A DNA stretch of 64,000 bases from an uncultured Clostridia bacterium (GTDB taxonomy: Bacteria > Bacillota > Clostridia > TANB77 > CAG-508). The position numbers and the translations under genes are program-made. Below, piece after piece: positions 50,296-61,800 of this stretch. How positions within the stretch are numbered: position 1 is the first letter of the stretch; each line of letters begins with the position of its first letter. The notes beneath the pieces were generated by a model. That model was not told where the DNA came from and did no database searches. It was given only the letters and a program-made list of their open reading frames with translations. The stretch is from contig CANRNC010000008.1 in NCBI GenBank assembly GCA_947631915.1, positions 3,305-67,304 on the forward strand, in the 5' to 3' direction.

Positions 50296-51849
50296 TTAAT
50301 TAATCTGCTTTTTTGAAAACGCTTTTATTTTTGAATTGATTTTACTTATACTCGTTTTTATATTACTTTCATTAATGTATATAGAAGCAATAGGTATTAA
50401 TACTACTATATATGGAATAATATATCTTGACTTTCCTTCCCATAATATATGGAATGTAAATCCTCCTATAAAGATAGTGACTAAAAATATAATGTCCATT
50501 GAAAGATTTTTCCTATTCTGTATTAAAACTATTAAGCTACATATACAAATAAGTATTAAAACTGCTTTTTGATAAAAATTTAATGGCTTAATAATATTTT
50601 CAAATGAATAATCATCTACTCTATTCTGCCATACTGCTGAATATGTATTTTCACTCCACATAGATGCTATTTTCATAGTATAGAAATTGAAAGTATACCC
50701 TATATTCTTTGAAAAATATACTAGTCGTTCTTTAATTCTCGTTAAATATTCGTCTTTGACATTTCCACGTTCTTTTAATGCATGTTCTCCTATACTTTCA
50801 TTATACCATCCATTTGCTCTAGGTCCTTCTTCCATTGCCATAAGAAAATAGCTTATATTAGGATATTCTTTGTTTTTATCCATATTATATTTATTTATAT
50901 AATAATTTTTAACTAATGATGATGGTATAATTGATATAATAATATATGTTAAAATCACTAATGTACTAATTATATTGTTTTTCCATGATTTTTTTACGAA
51001 ATCTTTGAATAACGTTAATATAAGATATATTACTGTCGCAATTATAAATATTAAACTATTCATTCTCATCATATATGCTATCATTGTAAATATTGATGCA
51101 CTAATTGGATAAATAATTTTTTTATTTTCTGTATATCTCATCATAAAATAAACAGAGTATAGACATAAGGCTAAACTTGGAATATCGCCATATACAAATG
51201 TTGAAAGCATTGGTAAAGATATAAAACCTAATATTAATGTTAATAATAGAACTTTATTTATTTTATATTTTTTAGATAATTGATTACCTATTTTATATAG
51301 TGCAATAACAATTAGTATATTACCTATCACATTTAATACCCTTAATAGTTCAATTACATCATAATGTATTATTCTAAAAAATATACTAAATACAAATGAC
51401 AATGAAATTTGTTGATGATATGCTTCCATATACTCGCTTAATGGAATTCCCGCATATGTCATATTTGGTAAAAATTCTTCCAAGTTTCCCCTATAAAAAG
51501 TTTGTGCTAAATTGCAAGCATGAATTTGATCTCCCACTATTGGTGGTCTTACTAAAATTACCCATATTATATTGAATGCTGTATATATAAGTAATGAAAT
51601 AATGAATAAAATTTTCCTGACCTTATTTTTAGATTTAGTATTTTCATCATTATATAATTTATTGTTAAATATTTTTATAGCTACAAATATAATTATTCCT
51701 ATTAATATAAGTCCACTACTATATATTATACTATTTGTATTAATAGTAATATGTTCTGAACTATTAATACTTGCCGTAAAGCATAAATTTATTATAATAA
51801 TTATTGCTAAAAATAATATTCCTAAAAAATATATGAATTTTTTTAACAT
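50296..51849 (-). CDS. polytopic membrane protein, GT-C-fold glycosyltransferase-like (ArnT/PMT_2-like)
   Basis: 517 aa, more than 10 TM, with periplasmic-loop and C-terminal soluble regions typical of GT39/GT83-like enzymes. Assignment by architecture only. Confidence 0.5.
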   Translation of the reverse strand: MLKKFIYFLGILFLAIIIIINLCFTASINSSEHITINTNSIIYSSGLILIGIIIFVAIKIFNNKLYNDENTKSKNKVRKILFIISLLIYTAFNIIWVILVRPPIVGDQIHACNLAQTFYRGNLEEFLPNMTYAGIPLSEYMEAYHQQISLSFVFSIFFRIIHYDVIELLRVLNVIGNILIVIALYKIGNQLSKKYKINKVLLLTLILGFISLPMLSTFVYGDIPSLALCLYSVYFMMRYTENKKIIYPISASIFTMIAYMMRMNSLIFIIATVIYLILTLFKDFVKKSWKNNIISTLVILTYIIISIIPSSLVKNYYINKYNMDKNKEYPNISYFLMAMEEGPRANGWYNESIGEHALKERGNVKDEYLTRIKERLVYFSKNIGYTFNFYTMKIASMWSENTYSAVWQNRVDDYSFENIIKPLNFYQKAVLILICICSLIVLIQNRKNLSMDIIFLVTIFIGGFTFHILWEGKSRYIIPYIVVLIPIASIYINESNIKTSISKINSKIKAFSKKQIN

Positions 51850-52140
51850 TTATTCCTCCTAATATATTTATATTTATTTTATCATACGCAAAATTTATTA
51901 TCAAGTTTAGGTTTATATGTTTTTTCTTTTTATTTTCTAGTAAATTCTTGCATTTTTTATATTCTTAGTATATACTTATGTAAATTTATTTTTTATTTCT
52001 TTGGTTTTATTTTAGAAATTTTTTTCAAACAAATTTTAAATTTTTTAATTTTTTATCTTTTCACATCCCACATAATTATTTTTATTTATTATTTATCTTA
52101 CTTTTGTAATTCTATTTACATTTTGAAAGGAGGTGATTCA

Positions 52141-52665
52141 ATGACAAAAAAGGCTCAAAATAAAGTAATTATTATTATATTTTCAATTGTCCTCATATTA
52201 TTGATAAGTATCTATATATTAAATCAATATGAAGTTTATATTCTTACTGTTGAAAACATATACGATGATCATATTAGAGCAAATTTACCCTTATATAAAA
52301 CATATACTTTAAGTAAAAATATAATTATATATGATAAAGATGGAAATATTTTAAATATTTCTGATATGAAAGTGGGTGATACAATTTTTTTTATACCAGA
52401 AAATAATGATAATTTAGAAAGTGCTATAATTGAAGAAATAAATAATTTCAATAATACTTTTACAGTTTCCTGTGTTTTTACTACTTTAGAATATCCTATA
52501 CCAATTCAAGATCCGAAAAATATAAAAATTATTGATTACAATAGGAATGAAATTAGTATTTCTAAATTAAATATTGGTGACACTTTGTATGTAGTTATGA
52601 AAAAAAATCCCTTTAAAAATAATTTTGAGGAACCTAAATTAATTCAACTTCTCACTACTGAATAA
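52141..52665 (+). CDS. hypothetical membrane-anchored protein
   Basis: RBS aaaggaggtgattcaATG, TM VIIIIFSIVLILLISIYIL. Confidence 0.5.
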   Translation: MTKKAQNKVIIIIFSIVLILLISIYILNQYEVYILTVENIYDDHIRANLPLYKTYTLSKNIIIYDKDGNILNISDMKVGDTIFFIPENNDNLESAIIEEINNFNNTFTVSCVFTTLEYPIPIQDPKNIKIIDYNRNEISISKLNIGDTLYVVMKKNPFKNNFEEPKLIQLLTTE

Positions 52666-52840
52666 TCTCTCAATTGATTTACATATTGTGTTTTCTTTTG
52701 ATTTATGATATAATTATTTTGTTTTGGAAATTTCCCAAAATCTGAAAAATATTTTCACTTATTATTTTACTTGTTGTAATTTTAAACTTTTGCCTATTTT
52801 AGGCACAACACCAATTGTCATGCGAAAGGAGCAAAAAATA

Positions 52841-53527
52841 ATGGAAAAAGCAGTAATAAAAGTTTTACTATCAGGTTGCAACGGTAAAATGGGGCGGTCT
52901 ATCTGTGATCTTCTAAAGAACTCAAAAAATTTTCAAGTTGTCGGTTACGACATTTCATCTGATTGTTCTGGAGAAATTCCGGTATATAATGACCTTTCCG
53001 ATATCGCTGAATGTCCTGACATAATTATTGATTTTTCTTCACCCGATTGTACACATACTGTACTAAATTATGCTTATCTAAATGAGATTCCTATTGTCAT
53101 CGGCACAACTGGACTTTCTGAGCAGCTTATTGCCAGCATAAAAACTTACTTCTGCAATAAGATTCCGGTTTTTTTGGAAAATAATATGAGTCGTGGTATC
53201 AACATACTGCTTCTATTGGCTCATTATCTCATAAGAAACTTTTCAAATGATATTACTATTTTAGAAAAGCATCACAAGCATATGGAAAGTACACCTAGTG
53301 AAATTGCTTCAATGATTGCTAACCTCTCTACAATTCGTTTAGGAGATATTTGGGGTGAGCATACATTTGATTTTCACAGTAAAGGTGAACGAATAATTAT
53401 TACTCACATTGCCGAATCCCAAGAAGCATTTGCCAGAGGTGCAATTGAAGCAGCTTGTTTCTTGTTAAAACAGGATAATGGTTTCTATAATATGTGTGAC
53501 TTAATTTCTGAAAAGTACCAGTTGTAA
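52841..53527 (+). CDS. dapB: 4-hydroxy-tetrahydrodipicolinate reductase-like (DapB), somewhat divergent
   Basis: KVLLSGCNGKMGR NAD-binding N-terminus and EKHHKHMESTPSEIA (compare EAHHRHK.DAPSGTA). RBS aaaggagcaaaaaataATG. Confidence 0.7.
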   Translation: MEKAVIKVLLSGCNGKMGRSICDLLKNSKNFQVVGYDISSDCSGEIPVYNDLSDIAECPDIIIDFSSPDCTHTVLNYAYLNEIPIVIGTTGLSEQLIASIKTYFCNKIPVFLENNMSRGINILLLLAHYLIRNFSNDITILEKHHKHMESTPSEIASMIANLSTIRLGDIWGEHTFDFHSKGERIIITHIAESQEAFARGAIEAACFLLKQDNGFYNMCDLISEKYQL

Positions 53528-53607
53528 AATTTTAAGTGAAAATAAGCAAAAAGAAAGCAACAGTTATATTATGACTGTTGCTTTCTTTTTTATCTAAATA
53601 TATTCTA

Positions 53608-53814
53608 TTAATCATTTATTTTTGTATATAGTCCTATTGATATTAATCCTGAAATTCCTACAAGTACATATATAATTCTACTTACTACACTCATTGTTCC
53701 AAATATTGTAGCAACTAAATCAAAATCAAATAGACCAATTAATAACCAATTTAGAGCTCCTATTATTACTAAAGTAAGAGCTATATAATATAAAACTTTC
53801 ATAACATCCTCCAT
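53608..53814 (-). CDS. DUF378 family small membrane protein
   Basis: GALNWLLIGLFDFDLV motif, 68 aa, 2 TM. Confidence 0.7.
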   Translation of the reverse strand: MEDVMKVLYYIALTLVIIGALNWLLIGLFDFDLVATIFGTMSVVSRIIYVLVGISGLISIGLYTKIND

Positions 53815-53927
53815 AATAAATATTTAGATATTATTATTATATTTCTTTTTTTCAAAAAATATTCATATTTTTTTATATTATTAAATTTTTCCAAAAATTT
53901 TTTAAAAGTTATGACGTCTTCTATTTT

Positions 53928-54068
53928 ATCATGCAAAAAAAGACTTACAGGAGTTTCTGCTTCTCCTGTATTTTTATATGAGTTCTTTTATTTTATTGCC
54001 TGTTAAATTTGCTTTGCAAATTTATCATGCAAAAAAAGACTTACAGGAGTTTCTGCTTCTCCTGTAAG
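53928..54068. repeat. two copies of a 44-bp element containing a perfect 10-bp inverted repeat (cttacaggag...ctcctgtaag)
   Basis: Copies at 53928..53970 and 54024..54068. Each hairpin is flanked by T/A runs and could terminate in both directions. Confidence 0.6.
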
Positions 54069-54384
54069 AAAATAATATAAATGGGGGCTATGTAGAGGAA
54101 AGTTTTTCTGAAAATTTGGGAGCCAGAAAAAAAAGATTTTAAATTTTTCTTTCCCCTACAAGTTTAAAAACATGATGAATAATCTACGATAAATAAAATT
54201 TTAATTTTGAATAATTAAAATTCCTCTATCGTTTTATACTTTTATCTAACAGGATTTTTTGGATTTAATTACTAGATTTAAAAAATCTTTTGATACAAAA
54301 AATATTGATTTATTTGATAAAAATATATAAAGAATTAAAAAATTATTTCTTTATATATATGATAACATTTTTTTACATAACATG

Positions 54385-54925
54385 TCAACAAATTTTCATC
54401 GACATCATTCGACAAACCATTATAGCAGTAGCTATTCCAATCACATCTGCAATTAAAGCAGCATATAAAACAAATCTCGTTTTTTTTATTTTAACTACTC
54501 CTGTATATACTGCTATTGTATACAATGTAGTTTCTGTTGCACCCATTATTACAGATGCAATTATTCCTATTTCACTATCCACTCCATAATTTTTCATTAT
54601 GTTTGTTGCTGTTGCAATAGATGCACTTCCGAGAAATCGGTCTTAATAAAGCTAGAGGTAATATTTCTATAGGAAATTTTATTAATGTCAAAATTGGCGA
54701 TAAAATTTTTCCTATTCCGTCTATGATTCCAGAACTTTTTAACGCACCTATTGCTAAAAATAATCCAATGAGTGTCGGTAGAATTTTTATAGTAGTTTCT
54801 ATTCCTTCTTTAGTTCCTTCTATAAAAATATCAAAAACTTTTTTCTTTTCTAATACTCCATATAATATAATTATAAATATTACAAAAGGAACTGCAATTA
54901 TAGAAATATAATTCATTATTTCCAA
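54385..54925 (-). CDS. spmB: spore maturation protein B (nucleoside-recognition domain), frame broken by a single-base indel
   Basis: ORFs 54575..54925 and 54385..54597 are two halves. Removing one C in tctCGGaag (~54631) gives LLRPISGSASIATATNIMKNYGVDSEIG..., the SpmB consensus. Confidence 0.7.
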
Positions 54926-54946
54926 ATTAATACCTCCAATAAATTA

Positions 54947-55525
54947 TTATTTATTTTTTAATATAAATAATTTTACAGCTGTAATTCCGGCTACCGCTGC
55001 ACATATCGTAGCTATCCATACTGGTACAATTATTACAGTAGGATTTTGTGATTTTAAAGATACTCTTATTGCTATTATCGTAGTAGGTATTAATTGTAAA
55101 GATGCCGTGTTTAATACTATTAACATAGCCATTGAATTAGATAATTGGTCTTTATTTTTATTACATTTTTGTAATTCCTCCATTGCCTTTAGTCCTAATG
55201 GCGTTGATGCATTCCCTATTCCTAAAATATTAGCTGTGATATTCATTGCTATTTTTTCTTTTGCTAGTTTATTTTCTTTAATTTCTGGAAAAAGCCAATT
55301 CATTATAGGATTTAATATTTTCGTGAATTTTATAATTAAGTTTGTACTTTGAGCAATTTTCATAATTCCACACCATAAACACATTGAACCTAATAAACCT
55401 ATACTTAATGAAACAGCTTCATTAACTGAATTAAAAATTTCTGTATTTACTTCATTTAAATTTCCTGCAAAAGTTGCATAAATATATGAAATTATTATAA
55501 ATATAGGCCAAATAATATTTAACAT
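54947..55525 (-). CDS. spmA: spore maturation protein A
   Basis: 192 aa nucleoside-recognition (Gate) domain membrane protein directly upstream of spmB. Confidence 0.8.
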   Translation of the reverse strand: MLNIIWPIFIIISYIYATFAGNLNEVNTEIFNSVNEAVSLSIGLLGSMCLWCGIMKIAQSTNLIIKFTKILNPIMNWLFPEIKENKLAKEKIAMNITANILGIGNASTPLGLKAMEELQKCNKNKDQLSNSMAMLIVLNTASLQLIPTTIIAIRVSLKSQNPTVIIVPVWIATICAAVAGITAVKLFILKNK

Positions 55526-55692
55526 TTTTACTCCTTTACTCTTGTTAAACTGTATTCTAATTGATAAAAAAAATACATTAATTTTACCAAATTTTTCATT
55601 GACCTAATTATACAAATTATGCTATTATATATAGGTAGTTTTACTTTTAAAATATCCAAAGAAAAAACAAGCTTTTAAGAGGAGGAATTTCT

Positions 55693-55959
55693 ATGATAAA
55701 ATCTACAGGAATTGTTAGAAGAATGGACGAACTAGGTCGTGTAGTAATACCCATGGAACTTCGTAATCAATTCAAAATAGTAGAGAAAGATCCGATTGAG
55801 ATTTTTGTTGACGGTTCTTCTATAGTTTTAAGAAAATATGAACCTAATTGTATTTTTTGCGGAAGTACAAAAGATTTATATGAATATAATGATAAACTTA
55901 TTTGTAGCAAATGCGCTGAAAAAATTAGTGATTTAAAAAGTAAAGAAGAAAAAAAATGA
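55693..55959 (+). CDS. abrB: AbrB/SpoVT-family transition-state regulator with a C-terminal CxxC..CxxC element
   Basis: MIKSTGIVRRMDELGRVVIPMELRNQF swapped-hairpin domain. C-terminus CIFCGS...CSKCAEK. Confidence 0.85.
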   Translation: MIKSTGIVRRMDELGRVVIPMELRNQFKIVEKDPIEIFVDGSSIVLRKYEPNCIFCGSTKDLYEYNDKLICSKCAEKISDLKSKEEKK

Positions 55960-56014
55960 TGGAATATTTCCATCATTTTTTATTTTCCTCTAATACTTTA
56001 GTATTTTTCATCTT

Positions 56015-56842
56015 TTATTTTTTTATAAACTGTTTATATATCTCATTTTTTTGTACATTTCTATCTTTTGCTATTTGCTTTATTATTTCTTTGTTTTCAT
56101 ACCCTAATTTCTCATAATATTTGTAATGTTCTTCTAAACTTAATTTATTTAGTTCTTCAATATCGTTGGTTTCACTATTGTTTTGTTCGATTAAAATAAC
56201 ATACTCTCCTTTTGGTTCTATTATTTCTCGTAAGAAATCTCTTGCTGTCCCTCTTTCGAAACTTTCATGTATTTTCGTCATTTCATGTGCTATTACAATT
56301 GTTCTATCCCCTATTATTTCATCTAAATCTTTTAAAGTGTCTTTTAATTTATGTGGTGCTTCATAAAGTATTGTAGTATTTTTAGAAAATTTAATTTCTT
56401 GCAATTTTTCTTTTCTATTTTTATTATTCATAGGCAAAAAACCTATAAAAGTAAATTCTTTTGTATTTAATCCAGATGATATTAATGCACAAATTAATGC
56501 GCATGCGCCTGGTATTGGTACTACATTTATATTATTTTCTATTGATTTTTTTACAAGTTCTTCTCCTGGGTCTGATATTCCAGGTGTTCCAGCATCTGTT
56601 ACTACTGCTATATTTTTTCCTCCTAATATTTTTTCAATTATTTCATTTACTCTTTTTTCATTACTATGTCTTTGATAGCTTATTAATGGCTTCGATATTT
56701 CTAAATGATTTAACAATTGTAAAGTATGTCTTGTATCTTCTGCTACTATTATATCCGCTTCTTTTAATATTCTAATCGCTCTTAAGGTAATATCTTCTAA
56801 ATTTCCTATTGGAGTTGCTACTAAATATAATTTTCCAGTCAT
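56015..56842 (-). CDS. rsmI: 16S rRNA (cytidine1402-2'-O)-methyltransferase
   Basis: MTGKLYLVATPIGNLEDITLRAIRILKEADIIVAEDTRHT. Confidence 0.9.
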   Translation of the reverse strand: MTGKLYLVATPIGNLEDITLRAIRILKEADIIVAEDTRHTLQLLNHLEISKPLISYQRHSNEKRVNEIIEKILGGKNIAVVTDAGTPGISDPGEELVKKSIENNINVVPIPGACALICALISSGLNTKEFTFIGFLPMNNKNRKEKLQEIKFSKNTTILYEAPHKLKDTLKDLDEIIGDRTIVIAHEMTKIHESFERGTARDFLREIIEPKGEYVILIEQNNSETNDIEELNKLSLEEHYKYYEKLGYENKEIIKQIAKDRNVQKNEIYKQFIKK

Positions 56843-56856
56843 TTTTATTTTCCTTT

Positions 56857-57600
56857 CTATATTTTGTCATATATTTTTAGGATCTCTTTTGTATATGTAC
56901 CATCGTCATTGTATATAATTATAGGTTCTAACACTTTTAAAAATTTTCCTCCATGCTTTACAGCTTTTATTAATACTTCATTAGGTGCTTTATCTTTTTT
57001 GGGCTGTACAAATCTAATCTCTTTTGGCTCTAATTTATATTTCCTTAAATATTCTATTATATCTGCTATTCTTTCTGGTCTATTTATCATATATAACGTT
57101 CCTTGACTTTTTAATTGTTCAGCAGATACTCTAATAAAATCTTCTAAATCTGCTGTTGTCTCATGTCTTGAAATTGCCTTTACATCATTTTTATTTATAA
57201 TCCCACTTTCTCTCTTCTTGTATGGTGGATTAGTTACAACTACATCAAACTTTGCTTGTCCTAAATCCTTTGATATATTTTTTATATCATCATTAATTAT
57301 TGTAATGTTTTTTTCTAGATTATTCAGCTTTACACTTCTCTCCGCCATTTCTGCTACTTCTTTTTGGACTTCTATAGCTGTTATCTGTGAATTTTCTATC
57401 TTTTTAGATAATAATATCGCTATTATCCCTGTACCTGTACCTAAATCCAAAATTTTACTCTGTTTTTTCTCGTTTTTTGAAAAGTTAGCTAATATTACAC
57501 TATCAATTCCAAAACAAAACCATTCTTTATTTTGTATTATCTTTAATCCCTTATATTCTAGATCGTCTATTCTTTCATTATTTTTTAGCTCTATATCCAT
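56857..57600 (-). CDS. tRNA (adenine37-N6)-methyltransferase-like (TrmN6/YabB family) SAM-dependent methyltransferase
   Basis: ILDLGTGTGIIAI motif I and VVTNPPY motif IV (NPPY). Start at the internal Met (57600). Confidence 0.75.
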   Translation of the reverse strand: MDIELKNNERIDDLEYKGLKIIQNKEWFCFGIDSVILANFSKNEKKQSKILDLGTGTGIIAILLSKKIENSQITAIEVQKEVAEMAERSVKLNNLEKNITIINDDIKNISKDLGQAKFDVVVTNPPYKKRESGIINKNDVKAISRHETTADLEDFIRVSAEQLKSQGTLYMINRPERIADIIEYLRKYKLEPKEIRFVQPKKDKAPNEVLIKAVKHGGKFLKVLEPIIIYNDDGTYTKEILKIYDKI

Positions 57601-57742
57601 TTTAAAACCATTCCTTATTAATGCACAAATCAATATTTCATCGAATATTATATATTAAAAATATAAATTTTTCAATATATTGCTGTTTGTGTGATTGAAT
57701 TATCATTGACATCTTAATTATAAAAATATAATTTATTTGTAG

Positions 57743-57762
57743 GGGCACATTGCAATGTGCCC
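57743..57762. repeat. 20-bp perfect palindrome GGGCACATTGCAATGTGCCC (second copy)
   Basis: Identical to 49617..49636. Lies in a divergent intergenic region. Confidence 0.7.
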
Positions 57763-57838
57763 TGCATTTTACATTTTATAAAAATTTTAATACTCTCACA
57801 AATAGCAATTTATTTTTATAGAAAGGACTGTGCTATAT

Positions 57839-58054
57839 ATGGAACAAAGAATTTTTTATGGTTCTGCTCCTGCTAATAATTCAAATAACCCTAAAACTCC
57901 TAACCATTCTAATAGTAAAAAATCTAAAAAAAATAAGATAGACTTTGCTCAGAAAAAAAATAATACAATTAATTCTTTAAATGAAGTAGAATGCTTTTTA
58001 AACGATTTTAAAAATTTTAAAAGGTACCTTCATCTTTACAAATTTTTTAAATGA
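57839..58054 (+). CDS. small hypothetical protein (Asn/Lys-rich)
   Basis: 71 aa, weak RBS. Could be non-coding. Confidence 0.3.
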   Translation: MEQRIFYGSAPANNSNNPKTPNHSNSKKSKKNKIDFAQKKNNTINSLNEVECFLNDFKNFKRYLHLYKFFK

Positions 58055-58071
58055 TTAAAAGTGTAAAACTT

Positions 58072-58626
58072 TTAATCATTTCTTTCAAAATTTTCTATAA
58101 AATTCATACATCCATCAATAAAACTTTGATTTTCCTTTCCATCAATTAGAATTCTAACAAATGTCACCTCATTTAATTCAGTTAAGGTATCAACAATAGA
58201 ATAAATTGTTTTTATTTCATTTTCTAGTCCCCCCTCATGTTCTTCAATAAATTCTTTTGAAAAATCTATATAAACTATATTTCCTGTAATATTTACATTA
58301 TTTATTTTTGTCCCCTTTGGTATTGTACTTTGCAATCCTTCTGCTTCTGGTCCTTCTATTAGCATTTCCAAAAGTTCCTTATATGGATTGTTAGCTAAAA
58401 CCTTAACATCTATCATACGTGTTTCTTTAGTTAATTCTCCTGTTTGCTTATCTTTAAAATACAAAGATATCATTGTTTTTCGTTGCTGTTCCTCACTAAT
58501 TTCTTCTTCAGGCGTTATTTCAGTCTGAAATGACACTTCTTCTTGTCTACTTCTTGTGCACAAAAAAATAATTCCTCCTGCTATTAATAAAATTGCTAAT
58601 ACAATTAGTATTATTTTACCCTTCAT
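58072..58626 (-). CDS. GerMN-domain lipoprotein (sporulation/germination-associated)
   Basis: Signal peptide with Cys (FLCTRS), then VYIDFSKEF...TFVRILIDGK, typical of GerMN. Confidence 0.65.
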   Translation of the reverse strand: MKGKIILIVLAILLIAGGIIFLCTRSRQEEVSFQTEITPEEEISEEQQRKTMISLYFKDKQTGELTKETRMIDVKVLANNPYKELLEMLIEGPEAEGLQSTIPKGTKINNVNITGNIVYIDFSKEFIEEHEGGLENEIKTIYSIVDTLTELNEVTFVRILIDGKENQSFIDGCMNFIENFERND

Positions 58627-58847
58627 TTTTCATCATTCCTTTCTTACAATTAACTCAATTTTGAAAATAATATTAAACTTGTCTTTATAATTTTCTTGTT
58701 TATTTATATTCGAATATCTATGTTTTAGAACCTTTTTATCCATTTTATTACATTGACATTTTTATGAATTCATTGTAGAATGTGATATATTATAATTGAG
58801 ATAATTTATATGTCTTTGGTTTATGATTAAGGGGGAAATTTAAATTT

Positions 58848-61800
58848 ATGGAAAATAGTAATACATTACATGTTGGTCTTGACGTCGGTTCTACAACTGT
58901 AAAAGTAGCAGTATTAGATGAAGAACTAGATACTATATATACTGCATATGAAAGACACTTTTCAGATACAAAAAATACTATTTGTAATTTATTAGAAGTT
59001 CTAGTAGAAAAGTATCCTAATAATGATTTTACAATATCACTTACTGGGTCAGGAGCTATGTCTGCAGCTACTTTTTTAGACTTACCTTTTATTCAAGAAG
59101 TTGTTGCATGTAAGCGTTCTGTTGAAAAATATATACCAGAAACTGATGTAGTAATAGAGCTTGGCGGAGAAGATGCAAAAATAATTTATTTTGGTAAATC
59201 TGTTGAACAACGTATGAATGGAACTTGTGCAGGTGGTACAGGTGCTTTTATAGATCAAATGGCTAGTTTATTACATACAGATACTGAAGGATTAAATAAA
59301 TTAGCAAAAAATTATAAAACAATATATCCTATAGCTTCTAGATGTGGTGTTTTTGCCAAAACTGATATACAACCTTTAATTAATGAAGGAGCAGCAAAGG
59401 AAGATATTTCTGCTTCTATATTTCAAGCTGTTGTTAATCAAACTATCAGTGGTCTTGCTTGTGGTAGACCTATTCGTGGGCATGTTGCTTTTTTGGGTGG
59501 TCCTCTAAATTACCTTTCTGAATTAAGACAAAGATTTATTGAAACTTTAGGTTTAACTAATGAAACTACTATAATACCCGAAGATGCTCATCTTCTTGTT
59601 GCGAAAGGTGCAGCACTTGATTCTGTTAATTCATCTTCTGTTTCTATAGAAAAATTAAAAAGTAAAATTGAAGTTTTAAAAGTTTCACATGATGATACTT
59701 CAAAACCTTTAAAACCACTATTTTCTATAGACGCTGAATACGATGAGTTTCAAAAACGCCATGCAAAAGACAAAGTTAAAAGAAAAAGTTTAGAAAACTT
59801 TAGAGGAGATTGTTTTATAGGTATTGATGCCGGTTCTACTACTACAAAACTAGTAGTTATAGATAGAGATAGTAATTTATTATATTCCTTATATAGAAAT
59901 AACGAAGGTGATCCTTTAAAAAGCGTTATAGCTATGTTGAAAGAGACATACTCTGTGCTTCCTAAAGAAGCTAATTTAAGATTTTCTGGAGTTACAGGTT
60001 ATGGTGAAAAATTAATACAAACAGCATTAAATGTAGACTTAAATGAAATCGAAACTATTGCACATCATAGAGCAGCTTGTGAATTTATGCCTGATGTAAC
60101 AAGTATCGTTGACATAGGTGGTCAAGATATGAAATACATAAAAATGAAAAATGGTGTGATTGATAATATAATGTTAAATGAAGCCTGTTCTTCTGGATGT
60201 GGTTCTTTTATTGAAACTTTTGCTAAAAGTTTAAATCTGTCAATACACGATTTTGTTGAAGCAGCTTTAGAATCAAGAACTCCTGTTGATTTAGGCTCAC
60301 GATGTACTGTATTTATGAATTCTAAAATCAAGCAAGCGCAAAAAGAAGGTTATTCTGTAGGCGATATTTCAGCTGGGTTATCTTATTCTGTAATAAAAAA
60401 TGCAATTCAAAAAGTTATGAAGGTTAGAGATCCGAAAACTTTAGGAGATCATATTATTGTTCAAGGAGGAACTTTTCTTAATGATGCTGTACTCCGTGCA
60501 TTTGAATTAATTGTTGGCAAAGAAGTTGTTCGCCCAGATATTTCAGGATTAATGGGTGCTTATGGTATTGCTTTACTTGCAAAAGAACAATATGAAGCCA
60601 ATTTTGATATGGAATATATGTCTACTCTTACTAGTTTAAAAGATTTAGATAAGTTAAATATACAAATCAATCATACTCGTTGTAATGGGTGTGAAAACCA
60701 TTGTTTACTTACAATAAATAAATTCAATAATAATAAACGTTATATTTCAGGAAATCGTTGTGAAAAAGGTGCAGGTATTGTATCTTCAAACTCAAAGCTA
60801 CCTAATCTAATGAAATATAAAAATGAAAGATTATTTGCATATGAACCTTTATCAGAAGATAAAGCTTTTCGTGGAACAATAGGAATTCCAAGAGTATTAA
60901 ATATGTATGAAGATTATCCATTTTGGTTTACTTTTTTAACACATCTAGGATTTAGGGTCATTCTTTCAGAAAAAAGTACTCGTAAAACTTATGAAAAAGG
61001 TATGGAATCAATGCCTTCTGAATCAGTATGCTATCCAGCTAAACTTTCACATGGTCATATTAAGAGCTTAATTGATTCTGGTATAAAAACTATATTCTAT
61101 CCTTGTATACCTTACTCTAGAAAAGAATATTCTAAAGCCGATAATCATTATAATTGTCCTATAGTAATTTCTTATTCTGAAGTAATAAAAAATAATGTAG
61201 AAGAATTAAAAGATATTAAATATCTTAATCCATTTTTACCTTTTGATTCTAAAAATCTAGTTAACAGAATGTTGGAATTGGATGAATTTAAAGAATATAA
61301 GTTTACCAGAAAAGAATTATGTGAAGCTGTTGAGCTTGCAGAAAATGAATATCAAAGGTTTAAACATGATGTTCAAAGTAAAGGTCAAGAAGCTCTAAAA
61401 TATATGGAAGAACACAATTTAAAAGGAATTGTACTTTCTGGTAGACCTTATCACGTCGATCCAGAAATTAATCATGGTATTGATACTTTAATAACTGGAC
61501 TAGGTCTTTGTGTTTTAACAGAGGATTCTATCTCAAATCTTACTGAAGCAAAAAGACCACTTCGTGTAGTTGATCAATGGGTATATCATGCTCGCTTATA
61601 TGCAGCTGCTGACTTTGTTGGAAAACATGATAATTTAGAACTTGTACAACTTAATTCTTTTGGTTGTGGAGTCGATGCTGTTACAACAGACCAAGTTGAA
61701 GAAATTCTTTCAAGCTATGAAAAAATGTATACTTTAATAAAAATAGATGAAGTTAATAATCTTGGTGCAGTTCGTATTCGTATTCGTTCGCTACTTGCAA

